Shown: positions 51,101 through 64,000 of the stretch, one piece after another
How the letters are laid out: each line of letters starts with the position of its first letter
Numbering within the stretch: position 1 is the first letter of the stretch
Source of the DNA: Dicyema japonicum
Lineage: Eukaryota > Animalia > Dicyemida
NCBI GenBank assembly: GCA_011109175.1
Contig: RDEW01000050.1
Location: 88,694 to 152,693, forward strand
Direction of reading: 5' to 3'
DNA: 64,000 nt
Notes under the pieces: generated by a model
The model's input: only the letters and a program-made list of their open reading frames with translations
What the model was told of the DNA's origin: nothing
Database searches by the model: none
Translations under genes and position numbers: made by a program

Positions 51101-52469
51101 TTTTTATTGTGTTCTTAAATTTAAACTAGGGTCCCCGTGAACTCTCTTGACCATTTGAGTGTATTCGCTCGCATTCCTGAGAGGGAATAGCCACGCATTT
51201 CATGCAGCCACTCTATGACGTTTTGTTTATTTTTTATAAAAGTTAAAAAAACTATGATAATCACGATGATATTTATATTTGAATGGTTGACACCTCTCTA
51301 ATAATGTCTTTATAGTAGTCTCAGTTTGCCTCTTCTACCTTGTTTACAATTAAACTTTCAATATCAGATTACTTTGAACACTAAACAGGAGCTCTTATAC
51401 ATTCGATGAACTTGTAGACCTGCGAGGAGGAAAGTTACATTGAGAAAACTGGTAGGGTGGATAGTGAAGAGCACGGAACAGTGGAACTGGGTAAAGCGGG
51501 ACTGCAATTAACTAATCAATTAATAGGGATGAAAAATTATATAAAGCACAAAATATTCTGTAAAGTCAAAGTTCAAAGCGAAGACAAAAGTATGAGAACA
51601 CCAACTGGACCAAAAATATCGAAAACAAGAGGTCTCAGTTGTTAGTAATCTATAGTTATCTTAAATTGAACATGATCGAGAAGATGAGGGATGGGAAATC
51701 AATGGAAAGGCAAAGGAGGATGACTTTGAGACAATGAATCTCCACAACCAGAAAATGTACTCAAAGTAAACAAAAATCCACGTTATTCTCATGTTAGGCA
51801 GTTAATTCGACAAATGAACACAATCAAACAACTGGAAGACTTCTCTATGTGAGGATGAAATGAATCACTGTTTGAACAAACAAACTTGTACATACTCGTC
51901 CTGGAGGGGATCGTGGGAGTGGACTGCTTGAATGACAGTAAAATAAATTTGAGTAAAACCAAGGGAGAAGTAGCGAGAGAGGCCAGTGACCAAGTTTTCT
52001 GGACACATGTTAGACTCTTCTGTCCCCGATTTTTATTTGAATAACAAGCAGAGATTAAATCGATAGAGAATTTTATTTATCAAAATAATACTAATTAAAG
52101 CCGAGAAACTAAATGGAGTTTATTGTGAGACTGGGAGAGTCAACTAATATAAGAAATGTCTTTGTTTACTAACCTCTTTATCCCCAAGAATTATCCATTC
52201 ATATAATAATTATACAATACAACACTGGACCTTCAATCCTTTTCTCAATTTAACATCTATCCAAAAGTTCAACGAACTTGCATCTTTGTTTTCATATTAT
52301 TCATGTAAACCATATAATAAAATGGTTCAATGATAGCTGTTTATACTCGAACGTATAGACAAAAGCTACACCAATTTTACTTGCTTCAGACACACTCCAA
52401 GAAATTTAAGTTTCCAGAGCATGATTAGTTTTCTTTATGCCTTTTCCAAAGTTATGGTCAAATTAATAT

Positions 52470-54585
52470 GTCGACATTTTCTTGTCAATTGCTCCATTGT
52501 TATGCCAAACCTATCAAGACTCTCTTCCTTCGATGAGATCATCATCTGCGGGATGCGAAGCATCCCTTATGGCTGTCAGCAGCTCAACTAGCTGACATGA
52601 GAGGGAAACTATTATTATCGCAAACGGACTCCAAACAATATTGAATGATCCATCGAGAAATACAAGGACACTACTGAGAGAGACAGATAAACCTACCTCA
52701 CGGACATAATACTCTGCTCATCGTTGCTTTCATCAAAAATTGATTGGTCAGTCTTCTACGAAACAAGAAGCAACAATAATCCATTTGTGGTGAAAATCAA
52801 AAGAGAGGCCAACGTGAGGAGATTCCTAGCAGCTACAATTACAAAGGTCTAACTGGAAATTGTATCGTGAAATCTCAGAAGATAAAATGAAGAATTGTTA
52901 CTAGGATAGCTTCAGTTCACTGGAGAATGCCATCAGCTACTTTACCCAAATAATCTTGGAAGCAAGATCAAGGGCTACATCCAAACATTACATATTTCGT
53001 CGAGTGGTCGAGGGAAAACGGCCTTGATTAAAGAAAGAAATCAACTTAAAAAATCTAATCGGATAAACTTGGATATGAAACTCCGGATCAGGACATTGAA
53101 TAATGAAATAAAGGCAAAAGAGCTCAAGGCCCAGAGGTTGAAGTGGAATCGTGTGCTTACAATGGTAAATAGAAATCGCACTACGGGAGAGGTGTGGAAA
53201 GCTATTCGAAATGTGGCAAAAGGCGATGAAGTTTCAACATGTTCAAAGTGATGTGAACAACTTAATAAAATTCTATACTAAAATTAGACACAAGGAGCAC
53301 ACTAACATCATGTAGGAAACTAAAGAGACTATCAGAACCACTCTTCTTTTCGGAGAGAGAGGTGAAGGATACAATAAATTCCGTAAAAACGACTTACTCC
53401 CATGGACCAGACAAAATTCCTGTTATCTTATTAAAAAATCCTAGAGACGGAGGAGTCACTATCCTAACGTCGATTTTCAACTATTCGATTGACCAGAATG
53501 TGATACCATTATTATGGAAACAGGCACTAATACGGCCAATACTAAAACCAGGAAGACCGAGATATGACCCAGCGTCTTTTAGACCGATGTCACTGCTATG
53601 TTCCATGTCAAACGCGTTTGACTCATTCTCGAGGAAGATTCTTTCGAAAAAATATTTCAATCGGGGATTCCAGGGAAGTTAAAGCTTTGGATTATTAACT
53701 TCTTAAGTGGACGAAGGGGACGTGTTTGCTTCGGAGGTCTGAAATCAATCTCACGGCTCCTCCCCAACGGAGTCCCTCAAGGATCTCCTTTATCCCCTGC
53801 TCTGTTTAACCTTTTTCTGGCTGATATCCCGAGTCTTGAATCTGATAATGATGTTCTACTTTCCTATGCGGATGATATTGTGTTGGCTTCGCGAGATCAG
53901 GACATCCAGAAGGCCACAGAATGAATACAAATTAACCTGGACAGGTTTAATGCCTGGATAATAGAAAACCCGCTCGTGGTGAATGCAGAGAAGTCGTCTA
54001 CGTCACTATTTACCTCTGACAAAAGATTGGGAAGGAAGACAGTCACCTTGAAGTTAAACAAGGTCGGCATCTTTTTCCACAGATGTCAAAGGATCTTGGG
54101 TCTGACAATTGATGTGCATCTCTGTTTGACAAGTAGAAAACATTATATTGAAATGCGAGAAGAAACTGAACGTATTGAAAAGTTTATCGGGAATGTGGAA
54201 GAGTGGTGCTCACCCAGTCTTGATGAAACTGTACAAGCAGTACATCGAGCCATGTTTCTCATATTCATGCGCCTCGTGGGGACCGTCCATATCTTGAACA
54301 AATATGAGGAAAATTAAGGAAATGCATAAGAGGGCTTATAGAGTAACGAAGAGTTGGATTTGTGAAGATCACCGAACCAGACTTAAGCCTCTGGGAGCCC
54401 TTATGAGACGAGACTCCAGATCACGGGAAGGTGGCCCTGAAAATTCAAGCACCCGTCCTTTACGTTCATGCGCGGGAACGAAGGAAGAACACTGGGCAAA
54501 GATGAGGGCTCTGTTAGAATGCATCGGGATCACGTGATAATTAGTTTGGTTTTACCGTGGTCTTGGGTTAAATAAATAAAAAAAA
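52470..54585 (+). mobile_element. Decayed Vingi-like LINE (APE end, RT, tail)
   Basis: ASFRPMSL, GVPQGSPLSPALFN, SYADD, C-terminus CIGIT*; related to 40508-41470. Confidence 0.8.
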
Positions 54586-55559
54586 TTTATAAATAAAAGT
54601 GGGTTCATACAGATTGCCAACCGACTTCTTTAGAGGAAAATTCTTCGTTTTATATAATTTTTTGAGTCGTAGCATCCCTCAAAACCACGTTACATTCCAG
54701 GAAGACTAACGGAGTTGAACACATAAACAAGGGTCTTGGGTTGGAGTTTTAACTTTCTTATGCAGATCAGAGCACTCGTCACTTTTCTCTTCGTATGTTA
54801 CATAAAATATCTCCTTCGTCAATAAGGAGGCCAAAGTATTTCAGTTACCCTTACCAGATCTTTCATATTCGATGTAATTAAAGTTTCTTTTGCACCACTC
54901 TGATTATGATCATCTTCCACTGTTTCTCAGATACCATAGGGTTAAAGAAACGTCATAAATTATGAGGTTTTCTGGGGAATTATTCACTCATTATAATGTC
55001 GAATAACAGAGGACTGAGCATTGTCGCGGCAGACCACACTAAAACATTTTCTTGTGTCCAAAGACTTCACAAAATTTCATGTTAACCGAAAAACTTTAGT
55101 GGAATATGTTTCAAGGTAAAACCTCAAGACCCAAATTGGAAGACTTATTACAGTTATCCGCAGAATGTTCCAAAAACATAACAATGTTTTTGGTAGTGGT
55201 CCCTGCTTATACTTGATAGATTGTAGCGCACGATGGGAGTCTTGACCTCTACTTGGGTGAGGTTGGGTTTATACAAGATCGATAGATGATCGCTACCGCT
55301 ATCATCTATTGTAATGGGTTGTTCCAAGAATTGAAGAACAGATACAGCTATGTTCAAATAATCCCACCCACTAGGGGAATAGTAATTCGGGGTAGAGGAC
55401 GTCACAACGGAAATTCAAGAAGACACAGATATATTATGTAGAACGAGGCCGTCTCTGTTCTCACACAACCGAATGTGGTATCTTTCGAGTTTTAAACCTC
55501 AATAAGGATCGAGAAAAAGGTATTTTCGTCACGGAAACAATTCTTGATAAGACACGAAT

Positions 55560-56770
55560 ATATAATTTTATATTATGTATCCATCTGATCTTCAACCACG
55601 TTTTTTTAACTTGGATGTCCAGAAAAGCAAACTCTGGTGCAACAGTGGACAACAAGCTGGCTATATATCCCAAAGGACCTAATCTACCAAATCGATTGGG
55701 ATGAAATCCAAAATATTTAGAAAGGTCCACAGACATTCATCGGCGCACTAGTCCAAATTTAATGTACTCAGAGAATTCGGGCTCTTGACTCAATGCCTTC
55801 TCGGTTCGCGCAGTTGGTACTTAGCTGGATGAAGATACTATTTATGTTCGAGTTGCTCTCCTGGTAGGCCTCTATGTCTGCTTGGAACATTTATGCTGAT
55901 GCCATTTGACGAATTCCGTTGTCATGCAGACGGAGCACAGGAAGATTCCTTCGCCTCTCCATGCTAAACTCGACTGTCATCGAAGGCTATCGAAGACATT
56001 GGGTTTACTTGCCTTCTGGAATCCGTCGGACTTGACAGAGGTGTTAGAAAGAGGACGGAAACGTTACTACAATGCCATATAACCAAGAGAAGTGTCTTGC
56101 TTGGAATCATTGTGCACGAATACTTTCTCAAACACGAATCGGTTCAAGTCGTCGATGTGAGCGGGTTCCAAAGCTAGTACTGCTGAAGATTCAAAAAGGA
56201 GGAAATAGCGTGACATTAGGGACCCGTTCGACTTCCAGTCGGTCTCCGTTGAGACATTTGTCGTGCTTGAATCAGAACATTAAAGTTTATAAGGTTGCAG
56301 GACTTGGGAGATATTCTAGAATGTCATGATGACTCTTCTACATCATTATGTTCACAATCGACTGTGTGCTCAATGCCTTTGACATTTTGTTCTAAAATAT
56401 CTAAATTCATCCACTTTGATAACAAAATTCTATAAGCTTACTTTACAAGTATAATGTATTTCTAATGTGGTCTACAAGTTATTCCACAATATTGTGATAT
56501 TTATATTTTATACTTTAAATGGCATAATTCGGGGACAATTCATTGAGAATCGAACCTGAGTGAGCAGTAACATAACATAATCGGTCTTACACAAATTCTG
56601 GGTTGAGACAACTGAAGAAATAAGCAAGAAATCGCTCCATTTTATAAGAAGCTGTGACGTCTGGCTACACCGAAAGCCATGAGATCCAGTGGTTTCTTAA
56701 GTTGATCTCCGTTGTCTTCCCCGTGGGCAGGGTTACGTCAATTATGTTGGTGAGTCACCACTGTAATCAA
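55560..56770 (+). mobile_element. Heavily decayed CRE-like relics
   Basis: Fragments parallel to 63145-64000 (LDEDTIYVRVAL, ESVGLDRG, CLAW, VETT). Confidence 0.55.
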
Positions 56771-57180
56771 ATTATGACTAAGCAGTGAATCATACTCAGT
56801 GGTCATAAATTATCATAATTCATGCATTTGGCATATTCATAAAATGATCCAATTTTATTAACATATTAACAAATCAGCTTAAGATTAAGCATTGAAATGA
56901 TTAAACAGTAAATTCAACAAATCAATAATCGTCCATCTTGAAATAATTTCCATTCGTTTTATAGGCACTATTGAACCGCAAATAAGCTATGTTCATTGAA
57001 TTTTTAAAATGACATGACATTATTTTTTATTAAAATAACACGACAGTATATTCTAAATAAAATAACTCAATGATAATAATTTTAACTTTTAGATAAATTA
57101 TTTATATTATAAATTTAATTTAATAACATTTACCTAATAACAATAAACTATTATATTGATTATTTAATTGCCATTTTGTC

Positions 57181-57811
57181 ATGATCGTGTAATCGTGGTT
57201 TATTTTAGTTGTTATTACTACTGAACTGCCTTATACAAGCCAGAAACGCCAACATCAAACTTACCGATACAGAAGGGAATGTCGTTAGAAACTACGAATT
57301 TGAAGGACCGATCTCCAGCTCTATTGCCTTCCTCGAATATATGAAGAACTCTGAGGTTGTTTAGTCTTCTTCATATGTAGACCTTCACGAAAAGTGTAGC
57401 ACTTTCCAAGGCCATCGACTCAGCTCTATCTTTGTTAAGATCGATTTATAGTATTTTTCTTATCTTATTTCAGTGTCTTCCCCAGAGTATAAAGCCTCTG
57501 ATCTCCCCAGGATAGACGAGATTTACCTTGGTGACGACAGTGTAAGTGACCCGAATCCCCAAAAAATTTCAGGAATGGATCGTTTTATGTACTGGGTTTG
57601 TCCTTGTGGATTACAAAAGGTTGAAGATCACCGTAAGCCTCTCCTGATAACTCTCATCAGTCTCTCTGCCGTGTTTTCCTTGATGGCTGTCTCTTGTCTC
57701 ATCGCTCGACTAGTAAAGGCAAGACGAGTACTGAATTTGTTGTTATTGCAGGAACGTGTGTACTGCCACGTTGATGGTGACTTGGACAAACTCCGTTTGA
57801 TCTCCGAATAG
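57181..57811 (+). CDS. Orphan type I membrane protein
   Basis: After removing 22-25 nt introns: signal-like MILLLLLNCLIQA, one TM segment LLITLISLSAVFSLMAVSCLIA, basic stop-transfer residues. Confidence 0.6.
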
Positions 57812-59279
57812 ATTACCTTTAACTATTTAGCTAGGGATTCTGGATTTTTCGTTAACGTTAATCGGTTTAATTTGTCTTGTTAGGATTTGGTTAATATGTC
57901 AATGACACATTTATTAGAACTTTTGAACAAATGTGGTTAACTATTATCTCTGCTTATTATACGAGAGTGAGTGACGTTATACTGATTTGCTTTGTTAACA
58001 TGTTTCACTTAAATCGATTTCCAATCAAATTAATTTCAACTCATTAGCTTCCTTATAGGCCTCAAAGTGGTTAATTGATTGCCTATATGTGACATTTATG
58101 TACTTAGCATTCATATACATTAAATAAAGTTTGGATGACCTAGATATGCGGTTAAAATAGTAATTGAGGATAGTGGTTATGCTTGCCTATCTATTGGCCT
58201 TGATAGAGAGGATTGAACCAACCAGGTTTACCATTAAGTTATAGAATGGCTCCTAACTTCCCAGGACATAAAAGTTCGTAAGGCTTCAGGAAGTTTAGTT
58301 TCCTGACGTAAAAATGTTTTAGCTTATATCTTTAGAGACCTTGACCTCACTACACAGCGGGTTCTCGAGATGGTTGATAATTCGACAAAACTATAAGATA
58401 TGAATAGAGTTAGACTTTCCCAGCTCTTAATCTATTCTTTGTGATTGTCGTTCTTAATAACATCACTCACATTAATAACAAAATCTGTAAAACTATGATT
58501 TATTAGAAATAGCACAATTAATTTTAAATTCAAATTATTGTATGTCAGAATTATTATAACTTGAGATTAGTTTAAATGGTCATCGATGACCATTGCCTGT
58601 GAAAACAATCTCAGTTCACAAGGGTAATCGAGCCACAGTGGTATTACACCGATGATTCATTTCCCAATTTCTCCACATTCTAAAAAGGATATTGAGCTTC
58701 AGTTTCCTCTGTTCGATACCATTTTCTTGCTGCTATATATCTTTTGTAGAGATATATCTCACCGTTTGTGTTATTTTGGTTTTCATTTGGGTCACCTGCT
58801 CATAAAGAAAACTGCCTCCGTGTGACTTGACCCAACCTTTATCCCTTAGAAATGACTACCAAGTAGTTCGCTCGGTAGTGGCTACAGGACGAACACTTCG
58901 TTTCCAGATTTCTTAGATCAAATACATTGAACTTAAACAAAAGTTACTCACCAAAGTTAATAATAGTCCAATAAACTTTCCAAGAAGTTAGTGATCTACA
59001 CAACTTCATGTTATTGACATAATTTAATAAAGACTCAGCATTTCAGGAGCTACTCAGTTATCCGTCACAAGTACTCCTATTCCACAGTTAGACTTGTCCC
59101 GAATCTCTTCTATTTGTTAATTCTTCTATCTATACAATATCCTTCTGTTGGATGATCCTCAAGTTGAAATAGTGTTTATCCATATCAATATTACCTCTTC
59201 TGTGTTCATTCATTTAGCCTCACATCATATGCAAAAACTGCCAGTTGTCTCCATTCATATTAGTAAAACTTCCGACTTC

Positions 59280-60280
59280 ATTAGCTACCAATTTGGCCAT
59301 CAGCTTATTCAGGGGTGCATGCAGGTTATTGATAAAGAAATTATAAACTTTATCTACCCCGGTCGTTATCCAATCAGGGAGATGTCTCAATATCGCCTCA
59401 AATTTATTGCGGAAATCGAAAATTCCGAGAAATGAGCGGCGCTGTACGGGACTTCTGCGTGGTTTAGCCTCCTAATACTACCCCATGTGGAAAGCATTTC
59501 AGCGTCCAGCTGGGAACATGCACTATGGACATTTTCTGTAGGCGACAGTAAAACAATCTGCGATTAACCTCAAACAGATTATTCTCTTTCCTTCTCTTAC
59601 ACCGACTTTCATGTGTATAGAGTTTCCTCCTATACACCATTATTGCCCCCTCTAAATCCACCTTTCCCCTCCTCAACTCTTTGAGGTCCAATTTGGGAGC
59701 ACGGAGTTTACTAAGTACCTTTTTTACTATATGTGATGCTTTTCCTCTGATCCCTCCCGCCACACTAATTATGTGCCCCTCCAGTGCTTCCAGCTCTGTC
59801 TGTATCCTAGCAATATCGGCACAGATCTGCTCCCCCCATTTACTGGGTGGTCTGGGTTTGTACGTCAACTCCTCATAGGTGATCTGTACTATATAAAGCA
59901 CTAGGGAGATGTCACCCGGTAACCCTACTGGCTCAGCCTCCACCGCATTAGCCATAATCTTATTGATTATTATTTTCCTGTATCATCAAGAAGTTTGATT
60001 CTTTCCGGTCTGGTATTGCGGGATAATTGTTTAACCACAGAAAACATTCTTGCACCATGTTTGTACTTTTGCCAAGTTATCCAGTGTATGCCGGGCTACT
60101 TCACCCACTTTTCTCTTTATTTTGTATTTGATTCTGTTGCGTTCTATTTTAAAAGAGTCAGTGAGGCTTGTCGAGTTTGACGACTCGATTAATATTCGGA
60201 GTTTACTTTGGTTTTTTGATAAAGAAATTATACACTTTATCTACCCCGGTCGTTTTCCAATCAGGGATACGTCTCACGCG
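59280..60280 (-). mobile_element. R4/Dong-like fragments
   Basis: Inverted matches to 29245-29560 and 62170-62318; NNLFEVNRRLFY motif. Confidence 0.7.
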
Positions 60281-60723
60281 AAATACTAAATATACAAGAT
60301 TTAAATGAAGCATTACTAACAAGGAAATTGAGTAATAGTTTAGAGACTTTTGGATAAAATGGATATTACCTTTGACTCTTCATTTCTCTCATAATCGCCG
60401 TCTGCAACGGCAATACTCACTTGGCATAGTGTTCCTGATTTGTTTAATAAATAATTCCATTTTAAATGTTAATAACCTTAAAATAATATTTGACGTCATT
60501 ACGACTTATAAAACAAATCCCAAAGGTTTTAACTAGTGATTTCACAAATACTATCTAAACATAACCCCAGTAGCAGCCACCCATCATAACAAAAAACTAA
60601 TTATAATAAAATCAACTAAATTATTTCACAAATGCGGATCAATAATAACCCACGTGTAAGTGACAAGAATAAATGACTTGGAATTGAGTAAATAATAAAA
60701 CTAATTTTAATCATAACTAAGCG

Positions 60724-61483
60724 TTATATCGGATAATAAGCCCCATAGAAGTGAGGTTGAGTCTTTATCAGGTAGCACGTGGCAAGAGCTGCAGAGATCT
60801 GGTAATAACAACAGGTTGATTACCGTGATAACAAGGAATATAACGCCCACTGACACGGCTAGAGCATAAAATCTTTGATTAATTGACGTTATCTGAGGAC
60901 CACATCCATGAGAGAAGGGCTTATTACAGTTGGTCGAATTGGATGGGGGACAACAGCTCAGAGGAACGGGGAAGTTGCGCTTGGCCCAATCCTGGGGTCC
61001 ATCGAGTCCACAACAGTCGAAAAGTCGTTGAATGAAATCAACTTTGTCGGCGGTCTTGTTGTAGTTGTCAATTGAACGACTGAGGTAATCAATCGCTCGC
61101 TGGGGGAGTTTCTTGTGGTAGATAAAGCAGAGGATGAGCACTGAGATTGTTATGGCGGCCACAATGATAACACAAATGAAATACTACTGTAAATTATACA
61201 TCTTACTCCTTTACGGACACGAATATTGTTGGTGAGGGCGTAGAATCCGTAAAGTGATGATATAAGGAATATGACGGAGAACACCACGGACATTATGAAC
61301 GGGACGAGGGAGATTGGAAAGTTTTTAAAATCTACTTTACTGAAGAGTGGACCAAATTTTCTGGCACAGAGTATTGAGGAATATATGGCGAGTGAGGCCA
61401 CTCCCTAAGAAAGAAAACCGACAGATTACTGTAAACATTACAGTGGCCGTTGATATCAAACAACGAGCACTTTTCAGTCCCAT
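60724..61483 (-). CDS. Tetraspanin
   Basis: Four TM segments; large loop DFIQRLFDCCG, PLSCC, GC; three tiny introns. Confidence 0.9.
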
Positions 61484-62089
61484 CAAATTGAAATAAAGTT
61501 ATTTTATTTATTTTAACAATTTTTTAAATTAAATTATTTACAGTTAATTAATCTAAAAATACTAATTTCATGGTAATTTATTTTTATCTTTTTGTTTTAT
61601 TTCAAATAAAATGTTCCAGTTTTCTATGTTTGCTGAGTAAATGATTAGATACAAGAGTTTTATCACGTTCAGAAATAGAATCTCGAATGAGAGTTTGCAT
61701 TGAAAGAACTCATAGAAAGTGGAAGAGGACAATTAATTCGGACTCATGGACTCGTATAATTAAGCTTCCCTAATGCTAATTTGTGTTTTGAAAGAAATTG
61801 TATTGCAAACAATAATGAATTTTAATAATTTATGCTTATCAATATCCGTCTTGATAAGAATTAACATGTCGTTTGCTTGATTTTAATTGGTAAACTTTCC
61901 ATGGGTTATCGAATCAATCTTAGTTACCAAGGATCGATTATTATTGTTTAGCCCATATTCAACCTGATGCATTTTTAAAATTCTTTTTTTCGATAAGTGT
62001 TCTATAACAACGGATACCATTTATATTGGTTATTGATTTCTTCAATAATAAAACAAGAAAATATTAATAATAATCGTGGAATATCGCTG

Positions 62090-62320
62090 TAGCGGCAGAT
62101 TTCCCCCTTGAAAACCGTAGAGTTACCCGCAAGATCCAGCATAGTATGGTTAAAGAGGTACTGTTAACCTGTATCAATAAGATTATGGCTAATGCGGTGG
62201 AGGCTAAGCCAGTAGGGTCACCGGGTGCTCTCCTAGTGCTTTATATAGTACAGATTACCTATGAGGAGTTGACGTACAAGCCCAGACCACCCAGTAAATG
62301 GAGGGAGCAGATCTGTGATT
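62090..62320 (+). mobile_element. R4/Dong-like 5' fragment
   Basis: Inverted copy of 59820-59975. Confidence 0.7.
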
Positions 62321-62324
62321 GGCA

Positions 62325-63060
62325 ACCCCATTGTGGACAAAACATTTTGGAAAAGTTATGTCGCGAACGTTTTTTCGTGATGAAACGTGCGATAATTAGA
62401 GGTGTGGTCCAAAATTGTGAAGTCTGCTTATTCTCGTCAATTCTAAAACAATCTGATGAGATTTGTCATATTTTTTTAACTCCCCGAATGAAAGATTCCA
62501 AGTCGATCTTATCGACTTAAAAAGGTATTTCCTATGGTTTAATTTTGTATATTTAAAAGCTGTAATAATTCATTTTTTGGTTACTCACTGTTATTCACGT
62601 GTATTCAAAATTCGCGTTTACAAAAAATTTAAAAAATAAGTTCGGGAGAGAAGTTGCAAAGAGTTTAAAAGAAATTTTTTGTGTCTCTGGTCATGCAACT
62701 ATATTCAGTCCGATAACGGAACTGAATTTAAGAATTCAGAAATTACCAAATTTTGCGAAGATTACAATATTATTCAGATCCACGGTCGGCCAAACAATCT
62801 CAAGAGTCAGGGGATTGTTGAGAGATTTAATCAGACAACATCAAGAGTATTGTCAGATTAATGGCTAATCAAGTTAACGAGAATTGGACTGAGTACATTC
62901 TCGAAGCAGTATACTTGTATAATTTATCATTGCATTCGTCAACTGGTATTTTAAATTATATAAAAGTAAAGATGAAAACTTTTTGGAGATATCGAGGAAT
63001 TCCTGGTTTCAACACAAAGGTACCTTCACAGATAGTCCAATGTGCTGAGGATTATGATCC
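62325..63060 (+). mobile_element. Ginger/KRBA2-type DDE integrase relic
   Basis: CEVC, FQVDLID, QSDNGTEF, HGRP..SQGIVERFNQT, YN..HSSTG. Confidence 0.75.
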
Positions 63061-63144
63061 TGATTCGTCCAATTTTGATGTGGAAGACAGTCATCCAATT
63101 TTTTTTTTTTAAACAAAAATTTATTAACAATAAAATATTATTTA

Positions 63145-64000
63145 TTAACTATGGGGGAGAGCGGCTGCTGACATCACGGAGTAAGCGTTTCCGCGAATAA
63201 CTGCGATACCAATTCTTTGCCTCAGCCAGACCGCTTCCCGCACGTCTTTCTTGCGGTGGGCCAATTTTCCCCCGATTTCCTTTAGGAAAGAGGCTGTAAT
63301 ACTTCCAGCCGCACCAGACGTCTCGATTGCTACCGGTACAAAACGGTAGAGGTCTCCAATTTCGCCATATTTTTTAATCTTGATTTTTCGGCCAGATCGG
63401 CTGCCGATCCAGCAGACTGCGCCGAGCTGAGCATCATCGAGTTTGAGAAAGAATCCACAACAGTGCAGTCCCATACGAGCGATTTTCCCTCAGTGAACGG
63501 AAAGATAGTTAACCCATCCGGTCTTTTCCCATCTCCGCGGTCCAATCCCACAGGTTCCATACTGCCGGAAAGCCTGCCGCTTCAAGAGCTCGCAAGACAA
63601 TGTTGTTCATAGCAGCATGGCGGGGTGCTCTGCCCGCACTCCTTTTGCACGAGAGGGTGCAGCCCTTTGGCATCGACGATCCCTCCACAGCGACATTGGT
63701 GTTCGACGCAAACATCAGCTCCCAGGCGTTGTGCGATTCCAATCCGAATACAGTCATCGTCCAATAGGGTCCCCAGGGAGGAAGACGGGAGTGCATCCAG
63801 CCACGCTCCGCTCCCATGGTTGGCGGCGGACACGAGGCATGCAAGACGATGCTGGTTGGCCTCAGACTTTAGCACGTCGAAGATATTCTTGGAGTAAATA
63901 TCATCCCAGTCACGTTGCCTCGAAGGATCGTTCGGCATATCCAAACCAGTTTCACACCATTCGCAACGAGCTTCGTCGAAGACTTTTTCCCAAGAGAGTC
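63145..64000 (-). mobile_element. CRE-clade non-LTR retrotransposon, 3' part
   Basis: GAWLDALPSSSLGTLLD, HQCRCG, DGKRPDGLT..LVWD, PVAIETSG, QRIGIAVIRGNA; the 3' end recurs at 1538-1600. Confidence 0.85.

Noticed and set aside
51125-51220. GC-richer segment after tRNA-Glu suggesting a tRNA-SINE
   Set aside because: The tRNA is intact with its own T-run terminator, and there is no second copy or TSD in the window.

Overview
This is AT-rich eukaryotic nuclear DNA. The proteins are animal-like and the genes are broken by miniature GT-AG introns, mostly 21-26 nt, so the ORF track fragments them. That pattern best fits a reduced parasitic invertebrate such as a dicyemid mesozoan (inference). Host genes rebuilt by hand splicing are a PARN/PNLDC1-like deadenylase, an equilibrative nucleoside transporter, a NUDT8-like Nudix hydrolase, NDUFS8, sideroflexin, TTC14, SEC61G, EXOSC4, SDHD, a tetraspanin, three poorly identifiable genes and tRNA-Glu(TTC). 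About half of the window is decayed transposable elements: Ingi/Vingi-like, Jockey/I-like, RTE, R4/Dong-like and CRE-like non-LTR retrotransposons, Buster- and SPIN-type hAT transposons, and a Ginger-like integrase. The most interesting signal is an Ingi/Vingi-like family. Its 5' end carries a covarying structured RNA with HDV-ribozyme helix order but a non-canonical core, seen 7 times here. The motif contains the start codon and is translated in frame, runs into a 2A peptide in the full-length LINE, and is spread by short non-autonomous 5'+3' derivatives with target-site duplications. Many host genes have single-base frame discrepancies at homopolymers, most likely consensus errors.
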